A DNA stretch of 64,000 nucleotides, from contig JBAZTH010000003.1 in the NCBI GenBank assembly GCA_041661965.1, forward strand, positions 5,107-69,106. Direction: 5' to 3'. Below the pieces are notes generated by a model that saw only the letters and a list, made by a program, of their open reading frames with translations, made no database searches and was not told the DNA's origin. This document shows, piece after piece, positions 28,274-37,122 of the stretch. The translations under genes and the position numbers were made by a program. This stretch comes from Candidatus Margulisiibacteriota bacterium. GTDB lineage: Bacteria; Margulisbacteria; WOR-1; O2-12-FULL-45-9; XYB2-FULL-48-7. How positions within the stretch are numbered: the first letter of the stretch is position 1; every line of letters starts with the position of its first letter.

Positions 28274-30010
28274 TTATTTGTCCTTAAATGATTCGATTTC
28301 CTTGAAAAGCGCCAAAATGACGGGACGCAGGTTCAGTGTCGCGGAACAGCGTAACTGATTCCGGGAAGTTGACCAGACTAAAGGGATCTCCCCGTCAGGC
28401 AGATCGGTGAGACGAATCGTCGTTGGGGAAAAATAGCTTTCAGCGGGTGAAAAAACGATCGTCATTTTGTTGGTTTTGAGCTTAATATTCAGGTAAACAA
28501 TTTTTTCCGTTACTTTAGTTGGCGCGCCGTCTTTTTTCTCTTCATACCTGGCCGGGATGTTGTGGATCACAAAGACAAACTCATTTGGATGGGCGTTCAA
28601 AACTCTCAACTGGTAAGGGCCTGCCTTAAAGAACTTTTCCCGTCTGAAAATACCCGGCTCGGCCACGCGCAGGGCGGCACAAAGAGTTGTCCAGGAAAGG
28701 TCTGTTGATTTTAACAATTCAAGACGAAGGGGTTCAAATTCCGATGGTAGGGCTTCGACAATCTGGCGGAAGTTGAAATCCCTGATATAGTTCCAGCCGA
28801 CCGGGCCATTGCGGGTCTGGGTCCGATTGGGCAGAATTTCCCAGCTTAAAGAGATGTTTTCCAGATCATCCGGAGAAACCAGGTAGGTGTTCAAGCCTTT
28901 ATTGGGAGCGCTTAATTCAATCCCGTTTTCGACCAGCCTGGCGGTCAAAGAGATTTCAGCTGTCCCGGCGGAGGAAGATGGTTCGCTCCCTAATGAGCCG
29001 GTTTCAAATCGCGTGGCGACGTTATGGATCAAAAGCGTCAGGTTGGCCGGATTAGGGTCTAATATTTCAATCTTATGAGGGCCGGCTTCAAACTTTTTTG
29101 CTTTTTCGGCCGGTTGGTCGACCAGCGAGATCCCTTGACCCCGCAATTGCCGCCGCATTGCTCTTAGCCAGGTTTCTGAAAGCGGATCGGCATTGACGTC
29201 TTCGACCAAAACAATCGAACTGCTGGTCGAGCGCTCGTTGAGGCCGCAAGTGTTCAGACCGCCGGCTCTGGAGAGATGACGGCGAAAATATATTTCTTCG
29301 TCTTCGTCAGGCCTCGATTCGGTCAGCGCCCATGAGGGGCGAAACTTAGCCGAATCCTTTTTCAGCGCTCTCAATATTTCCTGATTAGTCGGTACCCGGA
29401 ACCTTCGGCCGGTCAGCTCGCTTAAGCGCTTGGCAAACTCTCTGGCGTCCAATAAGTTGGCAACCAGCCTGTTTGCTGCCTTTGCCGGTTCGCTAAGTTC
29501 CGCCCGCAGCAGAGCGGCATTTTGGCCAACAATGAGATAGCCCTCCATCACCTGCTTGAATAAGCCAACTGTAACGGCGCTTGTCATAATGCGGAGTTGG
29601 TCGGAAACGTCAAACATTTCCGGTAGCGCGAGTTGGGGTTGAGGGGAGGAGAGCAGGGCCGGATTGGAAAATGTCCTGGCCAACAAGCTGACGTTTTGTT
29701 TATCGGCTAAAAGAAAAAGCGCCTGTTCTTGCGTTAGAAAAAGCTCAACCTGTAAATCAGCGAAGATATTTTCCGCAATGGCAAAGCCGGCCGCTCTTTT
29801 TTCCAGAGATGGGGTCATTCCCAGCAACCGGATCTTAGCCGTATTATCGAGATATATTCCCTTTAGCTCAATCCCTAAAAGCCCTCTTAGGCAGGGGCCA
29901 AGCTTTTCTCTCCCAAGGGCAAAATAAGATATCTCGACCACCCCCCGCAAAGCGGGCATGGGCTTTTGCGGCAAACGGATGATCGATTTGTCGCTTACCG
30001 GCGCTATCAT
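28274..30010 (-). CDS. Paralogue B (578 aa), same family, longest and most divergent C-terminal region
   Basis: N-terminus MIAPVSDKSIIRLPQKPMPALRGVVEISYFALGREKLGPCL; LALPEM...VTVGLFKQVMEGY; LLDAREFAKRLSELTGRRFRVPT. Confidence 0.6.
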   Translation of the reverse strand: MIAPVSDKSIIRLPQKPMPALRGVVEISYFALGREKLGPCLRGLLGIELKGIYLDNTAKIRLLGMTPSLEKRAAGFAIAENIFADLQVELFLTQEQALFLLADKQNVSLLARTFSNPALLSSPQPQLALPEMFDVSDQLRIMTSAVTVGLFKQVMEGYLIVGQNAALLRAELSEPAKAANRLVANLLDAREFAKRLSELTGRRFRVPTNQEILRALKKDSAKFRPSWALTESRPDEDEEIYFRRHLSRAGGLNTCGLNERSTSSSIVLVEDVNADPLSETWLRAMRRQLRGQGISLVDQPAEKAKKFEAGPHKIEILDPNPANLTLLIHNVATRFETGSLGSEPSSSAGTAEISLTARLVENGIELSAPNKGLNTYLVSPDDLENISLSWEILPNRTQTRNGPVGWNYIRDFNFRQIVEALPSEFEPLRLELLKSTDLSWTTLCAALRVAEPGIFRREKFFKAGPYQLRVLNAHPNEFVFVIHNIPARYEEKKDGAPTKVTEKIVYLNIKLKTNKMTIVFSPAESYFSPTTIRLTDLPDGEIPLVWSTSRNQLRCSATLNLRPVILALFKEIESFKDK

Positions 30011-31344
30011 GAGCTTTTAATCTCCGATAGATCAGACGCGGCTTTCAAGACTTCAATATACGGCTCTATTAATTCCGCGAGCTTCTTTGGACACCGCGCC
30101 AGCAGGCTGGCGATCCGCTCCATTCCGTTTTCTTCCCGCAAAAACACCCCCAGAAGCTCCGAAGCTTCTTTGGGGAGGAGGTCTTGAACCGCGACGACGA
30201 CACAGGCCGAATCGTCCGCCAGGCGCTGGAAAAGGGGGAGGGCGTAGTCGGGGTGGTTCACGGCCAATTGGTGCATGATCCTGGGCATTACTTTAAAATT
30301 AACATTGTCCCCCCTGATCATCGTCTTTAATATTTCGTTGACATCAGCCTGGTCGATGAGCGAGAGCGCGGCCACGGCCCTTCGGTGTTCCACAACACTC
30401 GCAAGATTAAAGGCCGCATGGCCGAGGTCAAATCGGAGCCAATTAGCCAGATCCTCTGTCTTTCTGTCATCCGTGCGATTGATATATCGATCCATGATTG
30501 AGGGGACGGTGGCGGATGTCCCAATTGGAAGAACCTCGACCAGGCGGATCGCGTTGCTGGAAAAGCGCTCCCAGGGAATATAATTATCGCGGCCAGAGCG
30601 GCCCCGACAGCGGAGAACAAAAGAAGGTTTTTCGTAAGAGGCGCCCGCAGATTGTGTCATCGTCCATTCCCAATTTGAGCCGAACAAATCATCTGTTACC
30701 GCTTCCCATTCTTCTTCGGTTGGGAGCCTGAATTGCCTGCCGGTGAGATCGCTTAATTTCCGGGCAAATTCTACGGCATCATCTAAGCTTGCCCAAGTTA
30801 ATGTGCCGCCTTCTTTTTCTGGATCGGCAAGAATTTTTCTAAGTTCCTTGGACCAAGCTCCTTCAAAGCTATAGCCGGCCATCACCCGCTTGAACAAGCT
30901 GACCGTTACTTCATACTTCATGATCATGAGGCCGTCTGAAATAGGGACCATTTCGGGCAAGGCAATTTGCGGTTGGCCGGCCGCAGCGGGAGGAATCGCC
31001 CCCCTGACCATCAGATCGTCATTCTGTTTGTCGCCTAGAATATAAAGCTGTTTATCTTGCGTTAGGAAGGCTGACAGTCCCAGCGAAGCGAAAATAGCCT
31101 CGGGTGTTTCGGCGACAGTTCTCGTTGCTAGATCAGGGCGCATTCCCAGGAGCCTAACTTTGGCGGCGGTATCGAGCTGAATCCCTATTAGTTTGATCTC
31201 TTGTCGTTGGAAAAGCTTGGTGAGACAGGGGGCGAGATTATCTTTGCCGATAGCAAAAGAGGAAATACTGGCCACTCCCCGCAAAGCCGGCAGGGCTCTT
31301 TGGGACAAGTGAATTATTGATTTATTGGTTACCGGCGTGACCAT
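30007..31344 (-). CDS. Paralogue C (445 aa); best-preserved FGE-like motif (TLTWASLDDAVEFARKLSDLTGRQFRLPTEEEWE); C-terminal domain shared with paralogue E
   Basis: First about 70 coding nt are identical to paralogue A (1 mismatch); C-terminal about 90 aa nearly identical to paralogue E (MHQLAVNHPDYALPLFQRLADDSACVV...). Confidence 0.6.
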   Translation of the reverse strand: MVTPVTNKSIIHLSQRALPALRGVASISSFAIGKDNLAPCLTKLFQRQEIKLIGIQLDTAAKVRLLGMRPDLATRTVAETPEAIFASLGLSAFLTQDKQLYILGDKQNDDLMVRGAIPPAAAGQPQIALPEMVPISDGLMIMKYEVTVSLFKRVMAGYSFEGAWSKELRKILADPEKEGGTLTWASLDDAVEFARKLSDLTGRQFRLPTEEEWEAVTDDLFGSNWEWTMTQSAGASYEKPSFVLRCRGRSGRDNYIPWERFSSNAIRLVEVLPIGTSATVPSIMDRYINRTDDRKTEDLANWLRFDLGHAAFNLASVVEHRRAVAALSLIDQADVNEILKTMIRGDNVNFKVMPRIMHQLAVNHPDYALPLFQRLADDSACVVVAVQDLLPKEASELLGVFLREENGMERIASLLARCPKKLAELIEPYIEVLKAASDLSEIKSS

Positions 31345-31352
31345 GATTGTTT

Positions 31353-32222
31353 TTATTTGCTCGATGGCATTAATTGAGAAAAGAAAGCCATTCCTTCTAA
31401 TACTTCCGGGACCTCTTCGGGCGTTATATTTAATTCTTTTGCTAAAACGTCCGTACCAAGCTTTTGGGTGTGGCCGATCAGTTGCGCGCCGCTTATTGCT
31501 ATGCCTTTGTTTGCATTAGAAAGGTCAGCTATCACTAATTTTAATTGTTCGAACATATTGGAGTAGGTACCACACATATAAATCTGGAATACGAGCAGTC
31601 CCATCAGGGCCGCGCTTTGCGGAGACTCCCGATTGTTAACGACTTCCCTGATCAACGCTACTCCACTTGCCCCGTTCCCCTTTATTAAAATCTCTCGTAT
31701 TAAATCAGCCAGAAAACGTTCTTTTTTAATGAGGTGGTCAGGATAAATAGTTTCTTCCGCTTCACGTATTTGCCCGGTGATTTGAAGAGGGGGAACGCGA
31801 TATTCCAATGCTAATCTAACGTCGGATTTAATTATGCCGGCTATTCTGTCGGGACCAATCTCTGCGGCCATCGGTTTAATATTCCGTTTATCCCCTAAAA
31901 TGTAAAGCGCCTCATCCTGTGTCAGGAAAGCTTGGAGCTGTAAACCGGCGAAGAGGTTGCCGGCGGTCCCATCGGCTGATCTTGTTTCGAGCGAAGGCTG
32001 CATGCCCAGCAGCCTGACTTTGGCGATCCGGTCGAGGTGAATGCTGTTAAGTTCAATCCCCTGTTGTTGGCAGAGTGCGGTGAGGCAGGGGCCGAGCCGC
32101 TCTTTACCGATCGCAAAAGAAGAGATCTCGACCACTCCTCGCAGTGCCACTCTCATTGTAAAAGCTGGCACGGCCTTTTGAGGCAAGCGAATTATTGAAT
32201 TACCGGTTTTTGGCGCTACCAT
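31353..32222 (-). CDS. Paralogue D (289 aa): shared N-terminal domain only, followed by an unrelated C-terminal region
   Basis: MVAPKTGNSIIRLPQKAVPAF..LRGVVEISSFAIGKERLGPCLTALCQQQ; lacks the FGE-like segment. Confidence 0.55.
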   Translation of the reverse strand: MVAPKTGNSIIRLPQKAVPAFTMRVALRGVVEISSFAIGKERLGPCLTALCQQQGIELNSIHLDRIAKVRLLGMQPSLETRSADGTAGNLFAGLQLQAFLTQDEALYILGDKRNIKPMAAEIGPDRIAGIIKSDVRLALEYRVPPLQITGQIREAEETIYPDHLIKKERFLADLIREILIKGNGASGVALIREVVNNRESPQSAALMGLLVFQIYMCGTYSNMFEQLKLVIADLSNANKGIAISGAQLIGHTQKLGTDVLAKELNITPEEVPEVLEGMAFFSQLMPSSK

Positions 32223-33547
32223 GAACTTTTAAGCTCCGATAAGTCGGACGCGATTTCCAATAATTCGATGTGCGGCATAATTAATTCCGCGATCTCCTTT
32301 GGACACCGCGCCAGCAGGCCTACGATCCGCTCCATCCCGTTTTCTTCTTTTAAAAACACCCCCAGAAGCTCCGAGGCTTCTTTGGAGAGGAGGTTTTGAA
32401 CCGCGAAGACGACACAGGCCGAATCGTCCGCCAGGCGCTGAAAAAGGGGGAGGGCGTAGTCGGGGTGGTTCACGGCCAATTGGTGCATGATCCCGGCCAT
32501 TTCTTCAAGATCGCCGTGCGTCAGCATCCCCTTAAATATTTCGTCGACGTTCAGAGTGATCCGCGACAAGGCTGTGGCTGCTTGGGTGGGGTCAAGATAT
32601 TTGAGCTTTGTGGCCGCAGTGCCGAAGTCGCTGTAGCGAAGCTCGTTGACTAAATCATTTAGTCTGTTTTCTTCCACACAGCGGTCATACAGGCCCATGA
32701 TTGGGGGCCGTGCGGCGGGAGGATCAGATAAAATATCTTCGACTAAACGAATCGAGATATCCATGGAGCGGGTCTCCGGTTTTATTGTCTGGCGGTTGCC
32801 GGGGTCGACGCCGTCGTACAGGAGGCAAAGAATATAACCCTCGCTGTTTTTTGTCTCCGTCCATGTAAAATTAAGGCCTGATAACTTGTCCCTTTCCTGG
32901 AACCATTCCTGCTCGGTTTGAACTCTGAACTTTCTGCCGGTAAGCTTGCTTAAACGGTCCGCAAATTCCCTGGCATCAATTAAACTTACATAAACTATTG
33001 GATCATTTGCTCTTGACGGGTCATTAAGGATATCTCTTAGTGAATCGGCGAAATTGCCGGTTATTACGTATCCCCGCATTATCTGTTTGAACAAGCCGAT
33101 CGTCACTTCGTCCCTCATGATCGCGAGCTTGTTTGAAATAGTGATCATTTCGGGCAGGACGATTTGCGGTTGACTTGCGATCGCGGCCGAGGCAGTCGTT
33201 CCCTTGGCCATCAGATCGATGTTTTCTTTATTGCCCAAAATATACAGCGCCTGCTCCTGGGTCAGGAAAGCCGAGAGCCTCAAGGAGGAGAAAAGAACTT
33301 CGGCGGATTCAAAAAGCTCGGTCCGCTTCTCCAGCGAAGGGCCCATTCCCAGCAATCTGATCTTGGCGGTATTATCAAGTTGAATGCTTTTGGGTGTGAT
33401 CCCCAATCGTTGGAAGAGAGTGGTGAGGGCCGGGCCGAGCCGCTCTTTGCCGACGGAAAAGGAGGAGATCTCGACTATCCCCCGCAGAGCTGGTAGGGCT
33501 CTTTGGGGCAATCGAACGATCGATCTATTGGTGACCGGCGCGACCAT
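32216..33547 (-). CDS. Paralogue E (443 aa), same family; start overlaps the ATPase stop by 1 nt
   Basis: MVAPVTNRSIVRLPQRALPALRGIVEISSFSVGKERLGPAL; IVLPEM...EVTIGLFKQIMRGY; IVYVSLIDAREFADRLSKLTGRKFRVQTEQEW. Confidence 0.6.
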   Translation of the reverse strand: MVAPVTNRSIVRLPQRALPALRGIVEISSFSVGKERLGPALTTLFQRLGITPKSIQLDNTAKIRLLGMGPSLEKRTELFESAEVLFSSLRLSAFLTQEQALYILGNKENIDLMAKGTTASAAIASQPQIVLPEMITISNKLAIMRDEVTIGLFKQIMRGYVITGNFADSLRDILNDPSRANDPIVYVSLIDAREFADRLSKLTGRKFRVQTEQEWFQERDKLSGLNFTWTETKNSEGYILCLLYDGVDPGNRQTIKPETRSMDISIRLVEDILSDPPAARPPIMGLYDRCVEENRLNDLVNELRYSDFGTAATKLKYLDPTQAATALSRITLNVDEIFKGMLTHGDLEEMAGIMHQLAVNHPDYALPLFQRLADDSACVVFAVQNLLSKEASELLGVFLKEENGMERIVGLLARCPKEIAELIMPHIELLEIASDLSELKSSW

Positions 33548-36500
33548 TAATCAGGGATCCTTATCGTCAGGATTTTGTTCTCGCCTTCGGACCGGCCGAT
33601 CAGTTCAACCTTCGCGCCTCGGGCCATATTTGCGTAATCTTGCTGGATTTTGGCGATGTCAACCGTTCCCGGCAGGACGAAGGCGACATCTATTCCATCG
33701 GCCGATCTGGTCAGCGAGAGGCTGATCGGCGGGAACTTGGGCGCTTCGGGCAATTCAAGCAGAGTTTTAATGATCTCGGCCTTATATTCCGGGTCCAGAT
33801 TATTATTAGTTAACAGGTCGTTGAATGAGATGATTTGCGGGTTGGCTGAAACAAAAAATTCTCCTATCAACTTATCAAGCGGGGCCATCATTCTCGGCGG
33901 TTGGGATGAGGCTAAGAGAGACGCGGCCAGGTCCTGGATCAACAACACGGCCCCGTTATTCTTAATAATATTGTCGCTAGGATTGAGGATAGGGGCGAGC
34001 GCTTCCGCCAGGGGCTTGGTCGGCGGAGAAAGTTCAATCTTTATCTCTCTGTTCGCGATGATGCTGAAAACAAAGCTGGTGCCGGTTTTACCGGCCTTGA
34101 TGGCCAGAGAGCGGCTGGTCCCGTCGATATATTTCTTCCTGAAGTCCGCCAGTCTTGGCCCTTCCTCGCGGGCTTCTCTGTCCGCGTTATAAACAACGAT
34201 CTGGATATCGTTGGCCCGGCTTATCCGCCAACGCACGATTATCGGTTTGTCCCGCTCATCGCCGGTGAGTTTTTCTTGCCGGTCTTTGGCGGCATAGATC
34301 AGGGTGGAGAGGGCGCGCAGGACGGCTCCCTGTTCGGTTTCGGGCAAGCCGCGGGCCGTCAACAATTCCTTAAGACCGGCCTGGGCTGATTTGATTTTCG
34401 GATCGACTTTGGCCTTGTCTCCGGGGGAAAGAGTTATTTCCCAGTCCGGCTTGTTGGTAAATTGCGCTGCTTCTTTCGCCTGTTGGAGTTCGTCGGCAAT
34501 CGCTTGGGCTAGCGCGACTATCCCGGGATTGCCGCTTTTGAGAAGCTCGGGGAGTTCCGCTTCGAGCGCTTGCCGGTCTTCGGTTGTCAGAGCCTGTTTG
34601 ACCTTGGCTAGCGCTTCGGCCCGGGCTGTTTCGTCCTCCGGCCAGGGATTTTCTTCCAGCCAGAGCTCAACTTTTTCTGCCCCTTTGGGCGGGGAGAGGA
34701 GCCCGCCGATCATGGCGGCGTCGACTTCCGCTCCGGCCGCGACCAGTTCGCGGATTTTGCGTAAAATTATTCCTTTGCGGCCGTGAATTTGGGCGATATC
34801 CATCTGGCGACCCCGCTCCGACTTGTCGGTGGTTTCTTCAAAGCGAAGTTCCCCATCCCGGACCGAGATCTTGATAATATGTTCGCCGTTTGGCATATTA
34901 TTGACCAGCCAGGCGGAAAAAGTATTGTCGAGATGCTCTTCAAGCGCTTGCTTTAGCGGCCGGGCGCCCCCGGCCAGGTCGATTCCTCTTTCCATAATAT
35001 ATTGCTTGACCGCCTGGTATTCAGTCTCATCCCCGCCCAGGACGACCTCAAGCTTTTGGTCGGTTTCTACCTGGGCGACAAAATTTTTCAACTGGATATC
35101 GGCGATGGCCGAGAGGTCGGCTTCGTTCAGATAATCAAAAGGAACAATATCGAGCCGCCGGAGAAAGGCGGGGGGATATTTGTCGCGGCCATATTCATCT
35201 TTCTGGCTTTTAAATGAATTAGCGGCGATCTCGCGGTTTGCTTTGGTCAACCCGTCGGCGATCTTCTTAGCTTCTTCCGGCGCTTTGCCGGCGGCCAGCT
35301 CCCTGATCTGTTCGGGCTTGAGCATTTGGGCTTCCCCCTGGTTCGAGGTCATGATGACCACTACGTCTTCGAGAGAATATTTTTCACCGGTCTCTTTGTT
35401 CTGAACATAACCCTGGTCGAGCATCACTAATAATGATTCATAAACATCCGGGTCGGCTTTGTCCGCTTCGTCAAGGAGGAGGACCCCGTGGCGGTTCTCT
35501 TTTCTTTTAAAGAGCTCCGGCAGCATCCCTTTGGTTTTGTCAAACCCGACAAAACCGGGATCGGGGCCGAAGAGCAGGGTCTTTCCAGCTTTCCCTTCGC
35601 ACTGGGTCATATCGATCGTCATGACCTTTTGCGCGTTGCCGAATAACAGCCAGGCCAGGGTGTGGGCCAGTTCGGTTTTGCCGGTCCCCGTCGGTCCGGT
35701 GAACATGAAAGCGGCGATCGGCGACTGTTTTTTGCGTCGGCCGGTCTTATACCGTTTAACGGCGCCGGCAACTTTCCCGACCGCCTGGTCCTGTCCGATG
35801 AAGCGGGTCCTGATCCGTCCCTCGATCTGGCTAAGCTGTTGAATGTCCAATTCATCCATTTTGCGCAGGTCAAGGCCGGCCATTTTCGAGGCCTGGGCGC
35901 GAATATCGTCTTCGGTAATTGTCAGGCAGCCGGACTCAGCCAGTTTGCGCACAACTTTTTCCACCAGCAGTTCGCTTTCCAGGTAAGCGGCGACAATCCC
36001 GATGACCGATTTCCAGATACCCTCTAATTGCGGGCGGGTGGCTGGATCGGCGGCAAATTCGATCAGGTCGTTGATATCGTCGGCCAGCTTTTTCGGGGTT
36101 TCCGTTACGATCCTTCTTAAGTCGCCGAGCTGGCTCCGTTTACTGCCGATCGCTTCTTTGATCAGGGCGATCGTCGCGTCCGGCGGGAAGCGGTTGACGA
36201 TCAGCGGCGAGAGGTCGATCGCCGCCTGGCGCGAAGCGGGCGGGACCTCGATCTTTTCCACTCCTCTTAGTTTCTCCAGGATGACCGGAATGATATTCCG
36301 GACCAGCCGCCGCAGCTTGTCGCCGGTCAGCGATTCGATATTGATCGGATCGCCGAACCGCCGTTTGGTGGCGTCGTTATTAAAATAGCGATAGAATTCT
36401 CCCGTTGTCGTCGCACCCACGACCTGGAAACCGGGGCGGGCGAGGGGTTCCTTCAACAGTTCGAGAACGCCCGCTTGTTCCATCAGGTGGAGTTCGTCCA

Positions 36501-37122
36501 TCAGGAGGTAAACGGTGTAGCCCTGTTTGAAGGCGTCTTGGACCGTTTCGACGATCTGTTTCAACTGCGGTTCGAGGACCGAGCGGTCGAGATCTTTCAT
36601 CCCCAGGCTGAAGAAGTAGGTTTTTTCCTCATCCTTCCACTCCTGGGCCAGCCCTTCGACGATCGCCGTTTTTCCGACGCCGGTGTTGCCGATCAGAATA
36701 GCGTTGCTGCCGCCCTTCAGCCGTTTGGAAAGCTCCGCCATTTCGTCGCTTCGTTCAAAGACCGGATCGAGATCGCCGGCGCGGGCTTCGCTGGTAATGT
36801 TGCGCAGGCCAAGTTCTTCCAGCTTTTCGATCGGGGTTTTCGGCTCGCCGTCACCCGCGCCGTTGACGCCGTTGGTTCCGTTAACCGCGCCGTTGCTTTC
36901 GAGGCCGGCCGGATTTCTCGCGATCAGGCTTAATTCATCGCGGATCAGGGTCCCGGCGGGCGTCAGGCTTAGCAGGTTGTGAGTCGGTGGGGCAATTTCT
37001 TTTGTTATTCGTCCTCCGGGTAACAAGCTCGGGTGGTTTACAAACGTGCTGCGAGCGGCGATGGTCAGTTCCCTGATCAGGCGGACGCTTTGTCTGATCG
37101 GCAGTCTAGTTAGAGCTTCCAT
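33547..37122 (-). CDS. Divergent Clp/Hsp100 (ClpA/ClpB)-like double-AAA+ ATPase, 1191 aa, with a non-canonical about 130-aa N-terminal region and an about 450-aa C-terminal extension
   Basis: NBD1 Walker A ILIGNTGVGKTA and Walker B YLLMDELH; NBD2 Walker A FTGPTGTGKTELA, Walker B VLLLDEADKA, and the GARPL sensor-2 motif characteristic of ClpA/B D2. No recognisable Clp_N domain; C-terminal region is unique. Confidence 0.75.
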   Translation of the reverse strand: MEALTRLPIRQSVRLIRELTIAARSTFVNHPSLLPGGRITKEIAPPTHNLLSLTPAGTLIRDELSLIARNPAGLESNGAVNGTNGVNGAGDGEPKTPIEKLEELGLRNITSEARAGDLDPVFERSDEMAELSKRLKGGSNAILIGNTGVGKTAIVEGLAQEWKDEEKTYFFSLGMKDLDRSVLEPQLKQIVETVQDAFKQGYTVYLLMDELHLMEQAGVLELLKEPLARPGFQVVGATTTGEFYRYFNNDATKRRFGDPINIESLTGDKLRRLVRNIIPVILEKLRGVEKIEVPPASRQAAIDLSPLIVNRFPPDATIALIKEAIGSKRSQLGDLRRIVTETPKKLADDINDLIEFAADPATRPQLEGIWKSVIGIVAAYLESELLVEKVVRKLAESGCLTITEDDIRAQASKMAGLDLRKMDELDIQQLSQIEGRIRTRFIGQDQAVGKVAGAVKRYKTGRRKKQSPIAAFMFTGPTGTGKTELAHTLAWLLFGNAQKVMTIDMTQCEGKAGKTLLFGPDPGFVGFDKTKGMLPELFKRKENRHGVLLLDEADKADPDVYESLLVMLDQGYVQNKETGEKYSLEDVVVIMTSNQGEAQMLKPEQIRELAAGKAPEEAKKIADGLTKANREIAANSFKSQKDEYGRDKYPPAFLRRLDIVPFDYLNEADLSAIADIQLKNFVAQVETDQKLEVVLGGDETEYQAVKQYIMERGIDLAGGARPLKQALEEHLDNTFSAWLVNNMPNGEHIIKISVRDGELRFEETTDKSERGRQMDIAQIHGRKGIILRKIRELVAAGAEVDAAMIGGLLSPPKGAEKVELWLEENPWPEDETARAEALAKVKQALTTEDRQALEAELPELLKSGNPGIVALAQAIADELQQAKEAAQFTNKPDWEITLSPGDKAKVDPKIKSAQAGLKELLTARGLPETEQGAVLRALSTLIYAAKDRQEKLTGDERDKPIIVRWRISRANDIQIVVYNADREAREEGPRLADFRKKYIDGTSRSLAIKAGKTGTSFVFSIIANREIKIELSPPTKPLAEALAPILNPSDNIIKNNGAVLLIQDLAASLLASSQPPRMMAPLDKLIGEFFVSANPQIISFNDLLTNNNLDPEYKAEIIKTLLELPEAPKFPPISLSLTRSADGIDVAFVLPGTVDIAKIQQDYANMARGAKVELIGRSEGENKILTIRIPD

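Noticed and set aside
33650-36982. Series of plus-strand ORFs (e.g. 33650-34192, 34304-34786, 36475-36933)
   Set aside because: All are antisense shadows of the 1191-aa ATPase gene; Ser/Ala/Arg-rich low complexity.
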